DNA of 18,942 nucleotides from Octopus sinensis (GCF_006345805.1 NW_021824398.1:1-18942), one strand, 5' to 3'; positions 1 through 9,326 are shown, numbered from the stretch's first letter. The notes: a model not told the origin generated them from the sequence alone. Translations and numbers: made by a program.

Positions 1-70
1 TTATTTATCTCTATCCATGTGTCCACCTATAGATCCATTCCTCAATCCGTCCGCCCTTCTACTTACGAGA

Positions 71-175
71 GTATGTACGTGTGTGTGTGCGTGCGTGTGT
101 GTGTGTGATGTGTGTGTGTATGTATGTGTGTGTGAATACATACATACATACACACATGCATACATACGGGTGTGT
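71..175. repeat. (TG)n / (CATA)n compound microsatellite
   Basis: Direct reading; explains ORFs 1..246 and 17..262. Confidence 0.95.
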
Positions 176-406
176 TTCAATATTGTGAATGATGGAGTCA
201 ACCAAGTTTGTGATCTTCCTAGAGTTGGTGTAAGAGGTGCAACCATTCTTGCAAATCTCTAACGTTGTGTTTCAAATAAAACCCATCAAGATCCAAATAT
301 GTGGCAACTATATATCTGACGAATATATTTCAGGTGCCATAACCAAATCATTAGCGCTGAATTAGCAAGACGATACCATTAAGTAGACAAGGTATGCATA
401 TAAAGC

Positions 407-577
407 AAGAGAGAAAAAACGTGGGCCTGAACTTTGTATTCATTTAATTGATGGTACTCCTTTCATTTTTTACGTGTGTTTCAGTAGCGGGTACTGAAAC
501 ATACGTAACAGATAACATAAAGAAATATGAAACTCAATGGAAGTAGTATCAAGCTCAAGCCCATGTTCTGTTCTCTT
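407..577. repeat. ~170-bp foldback element with a central 17-bp hairpin
   Basis: Central arms 470-486 (TTACGTGTGTTTCAGTA) and 492-508 (TACTGAAACATACGTAA) pair with one G.T around the loop GCGGG. Outer arms AAGAGAGAAAAAACGTGGGCCTGAACTT (from 407) and AAGCTCAAGCCCATGTTCTGTTCTCTT (to 577) are imperfect reverse complements. Confidence 0.75.
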
Positions 578-579
578 AT

Positions 580-702
580 TACACACATATATGCATATAC
601 ATACATACGTACATACAGACAAATGTACATATAAACATACATACAGACAACATAAATATATATATATATGCGTGTGTGGTTGTATTTATGTATGTATATA
701 TG

Positions 703-733
<31 letters not shown>

Positions 734-829
734 GATGTATGTATGTATGTATGTAGTTATATATAGATAATATATATATAATATATATATATAGTATATA
801 TGTATAGATACACATTATGTGTTATGCGA

Positions 830-860
<31 letters not shown>
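580..860. repeat. (TA)n/(CATA)n/(TATG)n compound microsatellite
   Basis: Direct reading. Confidence 0.95.
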
Positions 861-865
<5 letters not shown>

Positions 866-876
866 TTTTAAATTCT

Positions 877-1078
877 GTCTTTTATTTGTTTCAATCAACT
901 GACTGCTGCCATGCTGGGGTACGGCCTTGAAACATTTTAGAGGAACAAATCGAGCCTGAGACATTTTTTAAAACCCAGAACTTATTTCATGGGTTTCTTT
1001 TGCCGAACTTCTTAGTTATAGGGGCGGAAACACACCAACATCGGTGTCAAGCGGTATTGGAAGAAAAACAGACACAAA
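877..1078 (-). mobile_element. 3' half of an abundant octopus tRNA-SINE (family A), diverged, head absent
   Basis: TTTGTTTCAATCAACTGACTGCTGCCATGCTGG...TTTTGCCGAAC..CACACCAACATCGGTGTCAAGCG resembles the recalled 3' region of a very high-copy Octopus SINE. No second copy of this segment in the window. Confidence 0.65.
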
Positions 1079-1080
1079 GT

Positions 1081-1144
1081 CATACACAAATAGATGACTA
1101 CATACACACACACACACACGCACACACACACACACACACACACG

Positions 1145-1175
<31 letters not shown>

Positions 1176-1177
1176 AT
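1081..1177. repeat. (CA)n/(TA)n microsatellite
   Basis: Direct reading. Confidence 0.95.
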
Positions 1178-1268
1178 ATGTCTGTGGAGTGCTCAGCCAC
1201 TTGCACGTTAAGCTCACGATTAGGCTGTTCTGTTAATCGGATCATCTAGAACATTTGCCGTCGTAACC
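1178..1268 (+). mobile_element. SINE 3' tail fragment (tail type 1, same as element at 8611-8885)
   Basis: TGTGGAGTGCTCAGCCACTTGCACGTTAA matches TGTGGAGTGCTCAGCCACTTGCACATTAA at 8832-8860, followed by a similar CACGA..GGCTGT. Confidence 0.85.
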
Positions 1269-1269
1269 T

Positions 1270-1325
1270 TATGTGTGTACCAGTATATGTGTATGAACGT
1301 TTATAGAAGTATGGATATACATGAG

Positions 1326-1360
<35 letters not shown>

Positions 1361-1550
1361 ATATATATATATATATATTTGTGTGTATAGATATGTATGC
1401 GGATATATATGTATGTACATGTGCATATATAAGTTTTATACAAAGGCGTATATATGCATGAATATATGAATGTATTTACATATATACATATATGTGTGCG
1501 TAAGTGTGTGTATGTGTTTCTATGTACACATGTGCGTGTGTGTGTGTATC
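1270..1550. repeat. degenerate (TA)n/(TG)n microsatellite
   Basis: Direct reading. Confidence 0.9.
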
Positions 1551-1644
1551 TAAGTGTAAGAATTCTAGTGAAGTGGATGCCTTCTTGATTGATGACAAGC
1601 AAATGAAGCAAAAATGATGGCATGTCAGCAGGCAGAGTTAGTGC

Positions 1645-2012
1645 CGTGGTGGTGTTGGTGGTGGTGGTGGCCGTGGTGGTGATTGCGGTAGGGTGGCTTA
1701 GGTTTACTGGGATTGTTGCAGTTCTAACTGAATTTCAAGTGTTTGTGGGTGATTAGTGGTTACAATAGGAATGTCACTACGGATGTGTTGACGATGGTCG
1801 GTGTTTCACTGCTACAGTTTATTGTTGTTGTAGGTGTTGTTTATGTTAATGTTGGTGTTGTTATTGCTGTAATGTTTGTAAATGTTACGGTTGTTGTTAA
1901 TATTGTTGTTATTGTTCTTATTCCTGAAATTCTTATATTCTTTGTTAATAATATTTTTGTTGTTGCTGTTATATTTGTAATTGCTGCTGTTGTTTCTGTT
2001 ATTATTGTTGTC
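1645..2012. repeat. degenerate (GGT)n and (GTT)n trinucleotide low-complexity tract
   Basis: Direct reading; source of the V-rich, N-rich and T-rich ORFs at 1743-2099. Confidence 0.85.
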
Positions 2013-2019
2013 GCTTTGA

Positions 2020-2230
2020 GGCGGTGAGCTGGTAGATTCGTTAGCACATCGTACTAATTTTTTTGCCGTATTTCGTCCGTCTTTATGATCTGAGTTCAAA
2101 TTTTGCCGAGGTCGACTTTCCCTTTCATCCTTTCGGGGTCGATAAAATTAGTACCAGTTGAGCATTAAGGTCGATATAACTGACTTATCTATGGCCTCGC
2201 AATTTCAGGCCTTGTGCCAAAATATGAAGC
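2020..2230 (+). mobile_element. tRNA-derived SINE, family D, near full length
   Basis: Head GGCGGTGAGCTGGTAGATTCGTTAGC, B-box-like GAGTTCAAAT, core GTCGACTTTCCCTTTCATCCTTTCGGGGTCGATAAAATTAGTACCAG, tail GGCCTTGTGCCAAAATATGAA; more than 10 homologues in the window. Confidence 0.92.
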
Positions 2231-2249
2231 TAATCTTACCATACACTAA

Positions 2250-2468
2250 GGTGGCGATCTGGCAGAATCGTTAACACGCTAGGCAAAATTCTTAGCATCA
2301 TTTCGACCGTCTTCCCCCCTTGAGTTCAAATCCTGCTGAAGTCGATTTTGCCTTTCCTCCTTTCGGGGTTGATAAAATAAGAAGCAGGTGAGCATCGGGT
2401 TCGATGTAATCGATTTACCACCCACTATGAAATTGCTGGCCTTGTGCCAAAATTTGAAACCAATATTA
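2250..2468 (+). mobile_element. tRNA-derived SINE, family D, full length
   Basis: Same head/core/tail order; ends GGCCTTGTGCCAAAATTTGAAACCAATATTA. Confidence 0.92.
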
Positions 2469-2548
2469 CATTTATTATCGTTGCTTTGAATGTTGTTTTT
2501 GTCGTTATTGTTATCGTTCTTGTTCATATTATTTTTCCTGCTATTATT

Positions 2549-2662
2549 TGAGCTTGCAGAATTGTTAGCTCGCCGGACGAAATGCTCAGCAGCATTCCGT
2601 ACGTCTTTACGTTGTGATTTCAAATTCCATCGGGGTCGATTTTGTCTTTCTTCCTCCTTTCA
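2549..2662 (+). mobile_element. SINE family D, 3'-truncated
   Basis: Head and start of core (GGGGTCGATTTTGTCTTTC) present, then homology stops. Confidence 0.85.
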
Positions 2663-3214
2663 GACACAAGGAACAGAAGATGAAATTTTGGTAGTGATCC
2701 GGGAATTTTTATGGATTCTTGAAGGATTTTTCATTTGTTATATTTAAAATACAAATAAATGCGGCCTTTTAAAGCCTAGCCAGGTTCATGGGCCTGGTTT
2801 CCCGGTTTCAATGGCGCATGTGTTCCCCAGTTGGACAAGACGCCAGTCCATCGCAGGGTTACTCATTTTTGCCAGTTGAGTGGACTGGAGCAACATGAAA
2901 TGAAGTGTTTTGCTCAAGAACACAAAGCGTCACTCGGTCCAGGAATCGAAACCACAATCTTATGATCATGATGCTGACACTCCAACCACTAAGCCACGCG
3001 CCTCCACATTTGTTATATTTACTTTACATGAAGTATTACAATATTACGTTCTGTGATTATCTCCCTTTAAAACACGTGCATCGTTTCCACGTAACCTATG
3101 GTGGCGTTGCTGTTTCCAAAGCTTATTTTCGTTTCTCTATTAGTAATTTTACTCGCGTATCTATCTTAAAATGAACTTGGCGGAGGTCTGCGCTCTCCAA
3201 GTAATTTTCTAGTT
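2663..3214 (+). mobile_element. 5'-truncated Helentron-associated non-autonomous element (HINE/DINE-1 type), interrupted by a SINE
   Basis: 3' end CTTGGCGGAGGTCTGCGCTCTCCAAGTAATTTTCTAGTT (3176-3214) matches the 3' subTIR plus stem-loop of the element at 13385-13726. Internal ATTTTGGTAGTGATCCGG...GGATT motif at 2685-2720. Confidence 0.7.
2747..3006 (-). mobile_element. full-length tRNA-derived SINE, family B head/core with tail type 2; 15-bp TSD
   Basis: Minus strand: A box TGGCTTAGTGG, B box GTTTCGATTCC, core GTGTTCTTGAGCAAAACACTTCATTTCATGTTGCTCCAGTCCACTCAACTG, (ATTT)-like end. Identical flanks CATTTGTTATATTTA at 2732-2746 and 3007-3021. Confidence 0.93.
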
Positions 3215-3244
3215 TTCTCTAATGTTTTACATAGTTCAACCAAG

Positions 3245-3381
3245 AGGTGATATTTTCCCACTTAAACATGGATGTTCTGTTAAAACATCCATGCAGTAGA
3301 TACCACATGAAAAGGTTTCATATAGCTTACTGCGGCAGAAACCATGAGTGAAACTTTCATATAGGCTTTTGGTGCAAAACG
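3245..3381 (+). mobile_element. partial copy of the MITE at 3636-3777 (left TIR plus internal part with a ~38-bp duplication)
   Basis: AGGTGATATTTTCCCACTTAAACATGGATGTTCTG resembles the TIR; ACTGCGGCAGAAACCATGAGTGAAACTTTCATATAGGCTT resembles ACTGTGGCAGATACCAGGAGTGAAACACCCATATAGGCTT (3688-3727). Confidence 0.75.
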
Positions 3382-3635
3382 TAAGCTTGTTTATATTACT
3401 AGCGGGGAGGTAAATCCCTATCAACTCCAACGTCGAGATCATCAGATCACAGGATTTCGACCTTCCTCGATGTCATTGGTGGCAGGCGCTCGACCGTTAG
3501 AGATAGCAGCGACTCACCTCCCTACCAGTGATATATAAGAAAACAATGCCAGAACAGGAAATGGGGTCGCTATTAGACAGTGAGCTTGTTAGAAAATATA
3601 TATAAGCCACAAAGGTAGAATTAATACTTACTGAG

Positions 3636-3777
3636 AGGTAATATTTATCCACATTTAAACGTAGATGTTCTTGTTAGAACAAACTATACTGTGGCAGATA
3701 CCAGGAGTGAAACACCCATATAGGCTTCTGGAATAAAATGCAGAACACCCAGGTTTAAGTGGGGATGAATATTACCT
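3636..3777. mobile_element. 142-bp MITE-like element with ~36-bp imperfect TIRs
   Basis: Left AGGTAATATTTATCCACATTTAAACGTAGATGTTCT versus reverse complement of the right end AGGTAATATTCATCCCCACTTAAACCTGGGTGTTCT; no clear TSD. Confidence 0.75.
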
Positions 3778-3859
3778 GTTGCTGTTAATAATGCCTCTGT
3801 CGTTAATATTTATAGTTCTATACAAGTTAATGCATGAAAAGCACAATAAGAATTTTGAA

Positions 3860-3967
3860 AGAAGTTTCTATAAAATTAGCATTAAAACTTCAAATGGTGA
3901 TGGGGGACCTCGAGAGTGAAATTTTAATCAAAAGGATCCCCAAGTAAAAAACGGTTGCAAACCACTG
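3860..3967. mobile_element. possible hAT (Charlie-like) non-autonomous element terminus
   Basis: Ends AAAACGGTTGCAAACCACTG (reverse complement CAGTGGTTTGCAACC), resembling CAGTGGTTCTCAAC-type hAT TIRs; partner TIR not found and left boundary approximate. Confidence 0.4.
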
Positions 3968-4005
3968 AGAGAGATTGAACGTTTGATTTCTGCTGATCCT
4001 TTCAG

Positions 4006-4060
4006 ATTGAACGAATGCATAAGAAAATCTCTTATTGCCATTGTTCCTTTCGACGTTGAT
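4006..4060 (+). CDS. weak candidate 55-nt internal exon (LNECIRKSLIAIVPFDVD)
   Basis: Acceptor TTTCTGCTGATCCTTTCAG|, donor GAT|GTATGT, one open frame; no partner exon found. Confidence 0.2.
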
Positions 4061-4078
4061 GTATGTAATATCGTTCCT

Positions 4079-4650
4079 GTTGATGATGATGATATTGATG
4101 ATGATGACGTTGATGATGACGATGATGTTGATGATGATGATGGTCGTGGTAGTGGCGGTGGTGATGATGTTAGTGGATGGTAGTGGTGGTTGTTATGGTG
4201 ATGGTGGTGGTGGTGGTGGTGGTGGTGGTGGAGAGTATAATAAAGGAGGCATGGAGATGACAGGTGTCAATGATGAAGGCGAAGGTAATGATAATAATGA
4301 TGATGTTGCTATTGATGGTGGTGATGGTGATGGCAGTGATGACAATGATGATGATGATGATGATAATGATGATTATGATGGTAGCGATGATGGTGGTGGT
4401 GGTGATAATGATGATGATGGTGATGATGATGATAGTGGTGAGGATGATGATTGTGATGATGATTATGATTATGATGATGAAGATGATTGTGATAATGATG
4501 ATGGTGATGATGATGATGATGATGATGATGATAGCGATGATGGTGGTGATGATGATGAAGATGGTGGTGGTTGATGATGATGATGATGATGAAGATGATG
4601 TTCATGATGCTATGATGATGATGGCGGTAGTGGTGGTGGTGATGGTGACG
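4079..4650. repeat. ~570-bp (GAT)n/(GGT)n trinucleotide tract
   Basis: Direct reading; gives the poly-D/G, poly-M and poly-H ORFs. Confidence 0.95.
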
Positions 4651-4859
4651 CGCATTGAATATTTGAATCAGCAAAACAACAATTGAACATCAAGCTTTAA
4701 CTAGGATTCCATTAACTTCCGGCCAACTGTTGCTGTATGCATGGATGGCTGTTCCCTTGCGATATCAGTGATTAATAGAGAACGAGTCCCCTGCTAAGCT
4801 GTTGGACAGCCGAGGTCAATATATGTGTAAATATATAAATATTCTCACAAGAATAGAAT

Positions 4860-4978
4860 ACACACGCATTGATTCATTCACGCACGCATCCACACGCACA
4901 CACACACACTGTGACACACACACATACAATGACAAATACAATCTCAAATGCGCGCTCCAGCTCCCTGCATTCATATAC

Positions 4979-5025
<47 letters not shown>

Positions 5026-5080
5026 ATGAATGTATGTATGTATGTATGTATGTATGTATGTATGCATTATGTATTAACAT

Positions 5081-5119
<39 letters not shown>

Positions 5120-5177
5120 TTAAATGTGTATCTGTGTATATGCATGTTCATGTATCTAAAACTAATATGTATATGCG

Positions 5178-5209
<32 letters not shown>

Positions 5210-5288
5210 CGTGTATGTATGCAAAAGGGGTCAGTGACATGTACATACACACATATGCATGCGCGCGCACAAACATATGAGAGTGTAT

Positions 5289-5359
<71 letters not shown>

Positions 5360-5380
5360 TGTGCATGTGTGTGTGTGCGC
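4860..5380. repeat. compound (CA)n,(TA)n,(TATG)n,(TG)n microsatellites
   Basis: Direct reading. Confidence 0.93.
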
Positions 5381-5381
5381 A

Positions 5382-5475
5382 TGTGTTTTGCCAAAGAACA
5401 AACACAAGGCAACGCCTAGGCACGGAATCGAAATGACCATATGACAATCGTGAGTTCATTTCCTTAACCTCAATA
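5382..5475 (-). mobile_element. diverged SINE family B head fragment
   Basis: GTGTTTTGCCAAAGAACA...GGAATCGAAA..ATCGTGAG aligns to 2905-2975. Confidence 0.6.
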
Positions 5476-5662
5476 TGGAGAGAGGCAAAGACAATTTTGT
5501 GTTGTCGTTTCATGCGTTTTCTTATTTTTGTACATCAAATATTTTCTGATATTTCTCTCTTTAAGTTTCTTGATCATAATAGTGAGAGAGAACATATTAT
5601 GCTAGGGTTTATATATATATTTGTGTGTGTTCATCAATGCCCCGGAAAGGAAGGCACATTTT

Positions 5663-5723
5663 TATCTATCTATCTATATCTATCTAATCTCTCTCTCTAC
5701 TCTATCATCTATCTATCTATCTA

Positions 5724-5769
<46 letters not shown>

Positions 5770-5770
5770 T
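5663..5770. repeat. (TATC)n/(TA)n microsatellite
   Basis: Direct reading. Confidence 0.95.
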
Positions 5771-6229
5771 ATTCTTTCATACGCATAAGTATTGCTTTAC
5801 AAGTATAAATTAGTAAACATATATATGTGTTCCACATTCAATGTCTCAGTTTATCGACTTAATATTGTAATAATAAACATACATAAGTTAGTACCTAGAT
5901 GCAAATATACATAGTCAATAATACATTATATTACTTCATACTAATTTCTAAAGTGTCATTAAAGTTAGCATCATTATTGTTGTCAATACCATTAATGTTA
6001 CCATTATTATCATTCATAATATTATTAATAACGCTTACGTTAGGATCCAGAGCGGTTATATGTTCGGGTTCCATTTAGTAATTTTCCTTATGACATAAAT
6101 ACACTATTGGATTTGAATTTAAAATTATCATTATCTTCCTCACGGTTGGTCAATTGAGAGCCGCCCGACCTCCACCACACCACACGTGCATGTGTGTGTG
6201 AGTTTCTGTGTTGATGTGTGGGTTTAGGG

Positions 6230-6528
6230 TTAGATATGGATGTGTATGTTTTGCTTGATTTGGATGTATTTCTCCATTTTCTTATCTTGTATTAGTAATT
6301 TGTGGTAAATCATTTTACCTTGCCCATATAATGCAGTAAATGAATTGATTGCATCGCAATCAGTAACATTTATGTATTAACTTTGTTGGGTACTTCACTA
6401 GCAGTATATTGGATATATGTTATCCCATGGAGGGTTGCATTTACAACCCCTATCTCAATCAGGGTAGGAAGAAGTTTTGGAAGTTTATTTACTCCCAGTA
6501 GCGTAGCATGTAGAAAACTAGTCAATAG
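6230..6528 (-). pseudogene. possible decayed transposase fragment with an XPG-like H2TH motif (Academ-type)
   Basis: Minus-strand translation ...VTDCDAINSFTALYGQGKMIYHKLL resembles the recalled HxxTGCDTTSAFYGKGK motif; frameshifts are needed upstream. Confidence 0.3.
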
Positions 6529-6551
6529 ACTGTATATTGTTCATGTAAATA

Positions 6552-6935
6552 CTGTGTACATTTAAATACTTAAGAGGTGACTCTCATAGGACAGCTAGCA
6601 TGCTAGAAGGTGTAGCCAAAATCTAAACCACTATTAAGATAAATTTCGAAGGGAATGAAAAATAAAAACATTTACCATCCACCTCCTCGACCATGGTTTC
6701 AAACTTTAAATTAGCAAATAAGATAATTTGCTAGGCGGAACTTTCTTCAGCAGGTATGCAAAGATTAACATATAACTACGAGGCAATACAGTATATGCCT
6801 CGTGCTTATATATATATTAATTTTTCAAATCCACCTTCGAAATTTATCCCTAATAGTGGTTTGGATTTTGGCTATTACTTCTAGCATGCTAGGTGTTCTA
6901 TGATGGTCACATCTTATGTGTTTAAATGTACACTG
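6552..6935. mobile_element. 384-bp foldback/MITE with ~110-bp inverted arms and Tc1-like ends
   Basis: 6552-6662 is the reverse complement of 6821-6935 (roughly 80% identity by eye); ends TA|CTGTG ... CACTG|AA. Confidence 0.85.
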
Positions 6936-6936
6936 A

Positions 6937-7140
<204 letters not shown>

Positions 7141-7222
7141 CACATAAATGCACATTTCTGTGTTTGCATGTTTGTGTGCGAATTTATATATACTGTAAGA
7201 GTTTAATATATACTGTTTTAAA

Positions 7223-7445
7223 GGCTGCGAGCTGGGAGAATCGTTAGCACGCCGGGCAAAATACTTAGCGATATTTCGTCCGTCTTTATGTTCTGATTTC
7301 AAATTCCCCTGAGGTCGACTTTGCCTTTCAGCCTTGGTGGGGTTGATAAAATAATGTACCAGCTTGAAATAGGAAGTTGATGTAATTTCTTACCTACTCC
7401 CCCGAGAGTCTTGCTCTTGTCCTAAAATGTGAACGAATATTATTA
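7223..7445 (+). mobile_element. SINE family D, full length
   Basis: GGCTGCGAGCTGGGAGAATCGTTAGCACGCCGGGCAAAA...GAGGTCGACTTTGCCTTTCA...GATAAAATAATGTACCAG. Confidence 0.92.
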
Positions 7446-7735
7446 CATATATAAGGTTTTAAAAAATATTAAATGAAACCTGTGCTTGACGAGCACAATA
7501 GTTTTTAGGGATCTCGAAATGATGAAAAGCAAATGTTGAACTCTACCAAATACAGTTATTATCGCTTGTGGTTATAGAAAACCCAAGATGGCTGCTTGCA
7601 GGAAATTTCAAATAATAGATGTGCTCATCGGTCATAACTGCCTTATGGTTTAAGAATCAGGCAAATCAAATCACATTGTAAAGTATGCCACTACCACACA
7701 CACACACACACACACACTCATATGTATATATATAT

Positions 7736-7766
<31 letters not shown>

Positions 7767-7767
<1 letters not shown>

Positions 7768-8182
7768 AAAGTTACTTTTCATTTGTCTTGCTCGCTTACG
7801 TTTGCTAAATTTTCTAGAGAACAATTCTTAGCGGTAAGACCATAGCAGATCTACTTCTAGCGTTAGGGTGTCCACATAGTGGTAATCCCATTTATATGTA
7901 TGTAATACTATTTACTGAACCTCAGTTTTTTAATATGCTAAACCACTGGTGTTAAGTTGGTTTTATTAAATTAATATCCAATTTTTCCCCCTCATTTTAA
8001 TTTGTGGCGGTTTTTTTGACTATTTATTAAAATTTTATGTATTGATTAAGTCTTTCCTTGTTTGTTTTGCAAAATAGTGGTTTTGTCTCTAATAATATTT
8101 TATAATATTTTACTATAAAATTGGATTTAATCCTAAATCTGATTTTTTCCCTGTAAATTTGGATTTATTCCCTAATATTTAT
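7767..8182. mobile_element. ~415-bp complex-sequence island embedded in (TA)n, probably an interspersed repeat fragment (possibly Penelope-like)
   Basis: Sharp (TA)n boundaries on both sides; three short degenerate AAATT(G)GATTT..TCCCT units near the right end (8117-8173); same context as 17097-17311. Confidence 0.45.
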
Positions 8183-8499
8183 TATATATATATATATATC
8201 TATATATATATATAGTGTTCTCAGGTGAATTCATTCGTATTTTTATCTTTTTGTCATTCTTTTTGGCACTCCCTTGGTATGTCTGAATAGAGGGTAAATT
8301 TATTCAACTTTCAAAATCGATGAAGAAAAGCTGTATAGGAGGAATAGAACTACAAAAGCAAAAGATGCAAAGCTCAACGATAGAAATATTTTTCTTGTTA
8401 ATTCACATAACTCTGGAAAAGACTAAAATAAGTATAGAGAAAAATGGCTGTCGAATTTACCTGACAACCTAAAACAGATAGCAATGGCCTTAGCTAGGT

Positions 8500-8600
8500 T
8501 TGGGCTTTAACACATACCAAAAATCTACGCAATATGATTAAACTGCGAACCACTTGATTGTGAGGAAATAATTTTAATCTTGTAGCCATGTCTGTGCATA
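8500..8600 (-). mobile_element. highly diverged SINE family A head
   Basis: Weak similarity to the reverse complement of 11259-11345 (GAACCACTTGATTG...TAGCCATGTCTGTGCATA). Confidence 0.35.
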
Positions 8601-8610
8601 AAGAAAATGA

Positions 8611-8885
8611 AGGTGCGTGATTTTGTGGTTAGGATATTTAGCTCCTGATGGTAAGGGAGTGAATTCCCTTCCTGGCAGCGCGCTGGGTCCTTAAGGAGGG
8701 TACATTATTTTACTTTGCTCCAGTGCATTAAGCAGGCAAAAATTTGTTGCACAGTAATTCAAAGGACCAGCCTTGTCACACTCGGCGTTCCGCTGAATCT
8801 CCCTGAGAAATACGTTAAGGGTACACATGTTTGTGGAGTGCTCAGCCACTTGCACATTAATTCCACGAGTTGGCTGTCCCTGTTG
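8611..8885 (+). mobile_element. SINE, family B head/core with tail type 1
   Basis: Decayed tRNA head, core TTGCTCCAGTGCATTAAGCAGGCAAAAAT, tail AAAGGACCAGCCTTGTCACA...TGAGAAATACGTTAAGGGTACACATG..GTGGAGTGCTCAGCCACTTGCAC shared with 1178-1268 and 11441-11543. Confidence 0.88.
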
Positions 8886-9002
8886 TGAGCATTCTGTTTG
8901 TAATCGCGCACACACAGAGCAAGCAGGAACGTAAAACAACTATTATTTATGTGTGGGTGTGTTTTGCGTGGGCATACTTATCTTTATGTGTGTGTGTGTG
9001 TG

Positions 9003-9325
9003 ATGGCTCAGTGGTTAGAGCGTCGAGCTTACGATCGTGAGGTTGTGAGCTCGAATCCCGGACCGGGCTGCGTGTTGGTGTCTTGGCAAGGCACTTTATT
9101 CACGTTGCTCCAGTTCACTCAGCTGTAGAAATGAGTTGCGACGTCATGGGTGCCAAACTGTATCGACCTTTGTCTTTCCCTTGGTGGATAACACTGTGGC
9201 GTGGAGAGGGGAGGCTGGTATGCATGGGCGACTGCTGGCCTTCCATAAACAACCTTGCCCGGACTTGTGTCTAGGAGGGTAATTTTCTAGGTGCAATCCC
9301 ATGGTCATTCATGACCGAAGGGGTC

Positions 9326-9326
<1 letters not shown>
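9003..9326 (+). mobile_element. well-preserved SINE, family B head/core with tail type 3
   Basis: A box TGGCTCAGTGG (9004-9014), B-box-like GAGCTCGAATCC (9047-9058), core CTTGGCAAGGCACTTTATTCACGTTGCTCCAGTTCACTCAGCTG, distinct ~190-bp tail. Confidence 0.92.

Noticed and set aside
316-345. CTGACGAA hammerhead-like core
   Set aside because: No stem II or GAAA downstream.
334-391. Plus-strand exon-like segment (TTTCAG|...AAG|GTATGC)
   Set aside because: Stops in all three frames.
4035-4686. Asp/Gly-rich or His-rich protein (biomineral or beak-like)
   Set aside because: Pure GAT/GGT slippage tract with almost no synonymous codon variation and no splice support.
6039-6086. Minus-strand exon ending at a GTAAGC donor (MEPEHITALDPN)
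   Set aside because: Weak AAG acceptor and stops in all frames from it; a start-exon reading has no supporting partner.
9003-9075. Functional tRNA gene
   Set aside because: A/B boxes are present but the acceptor and anticodon stems do not pair, and the sequence continues into a SINE core.
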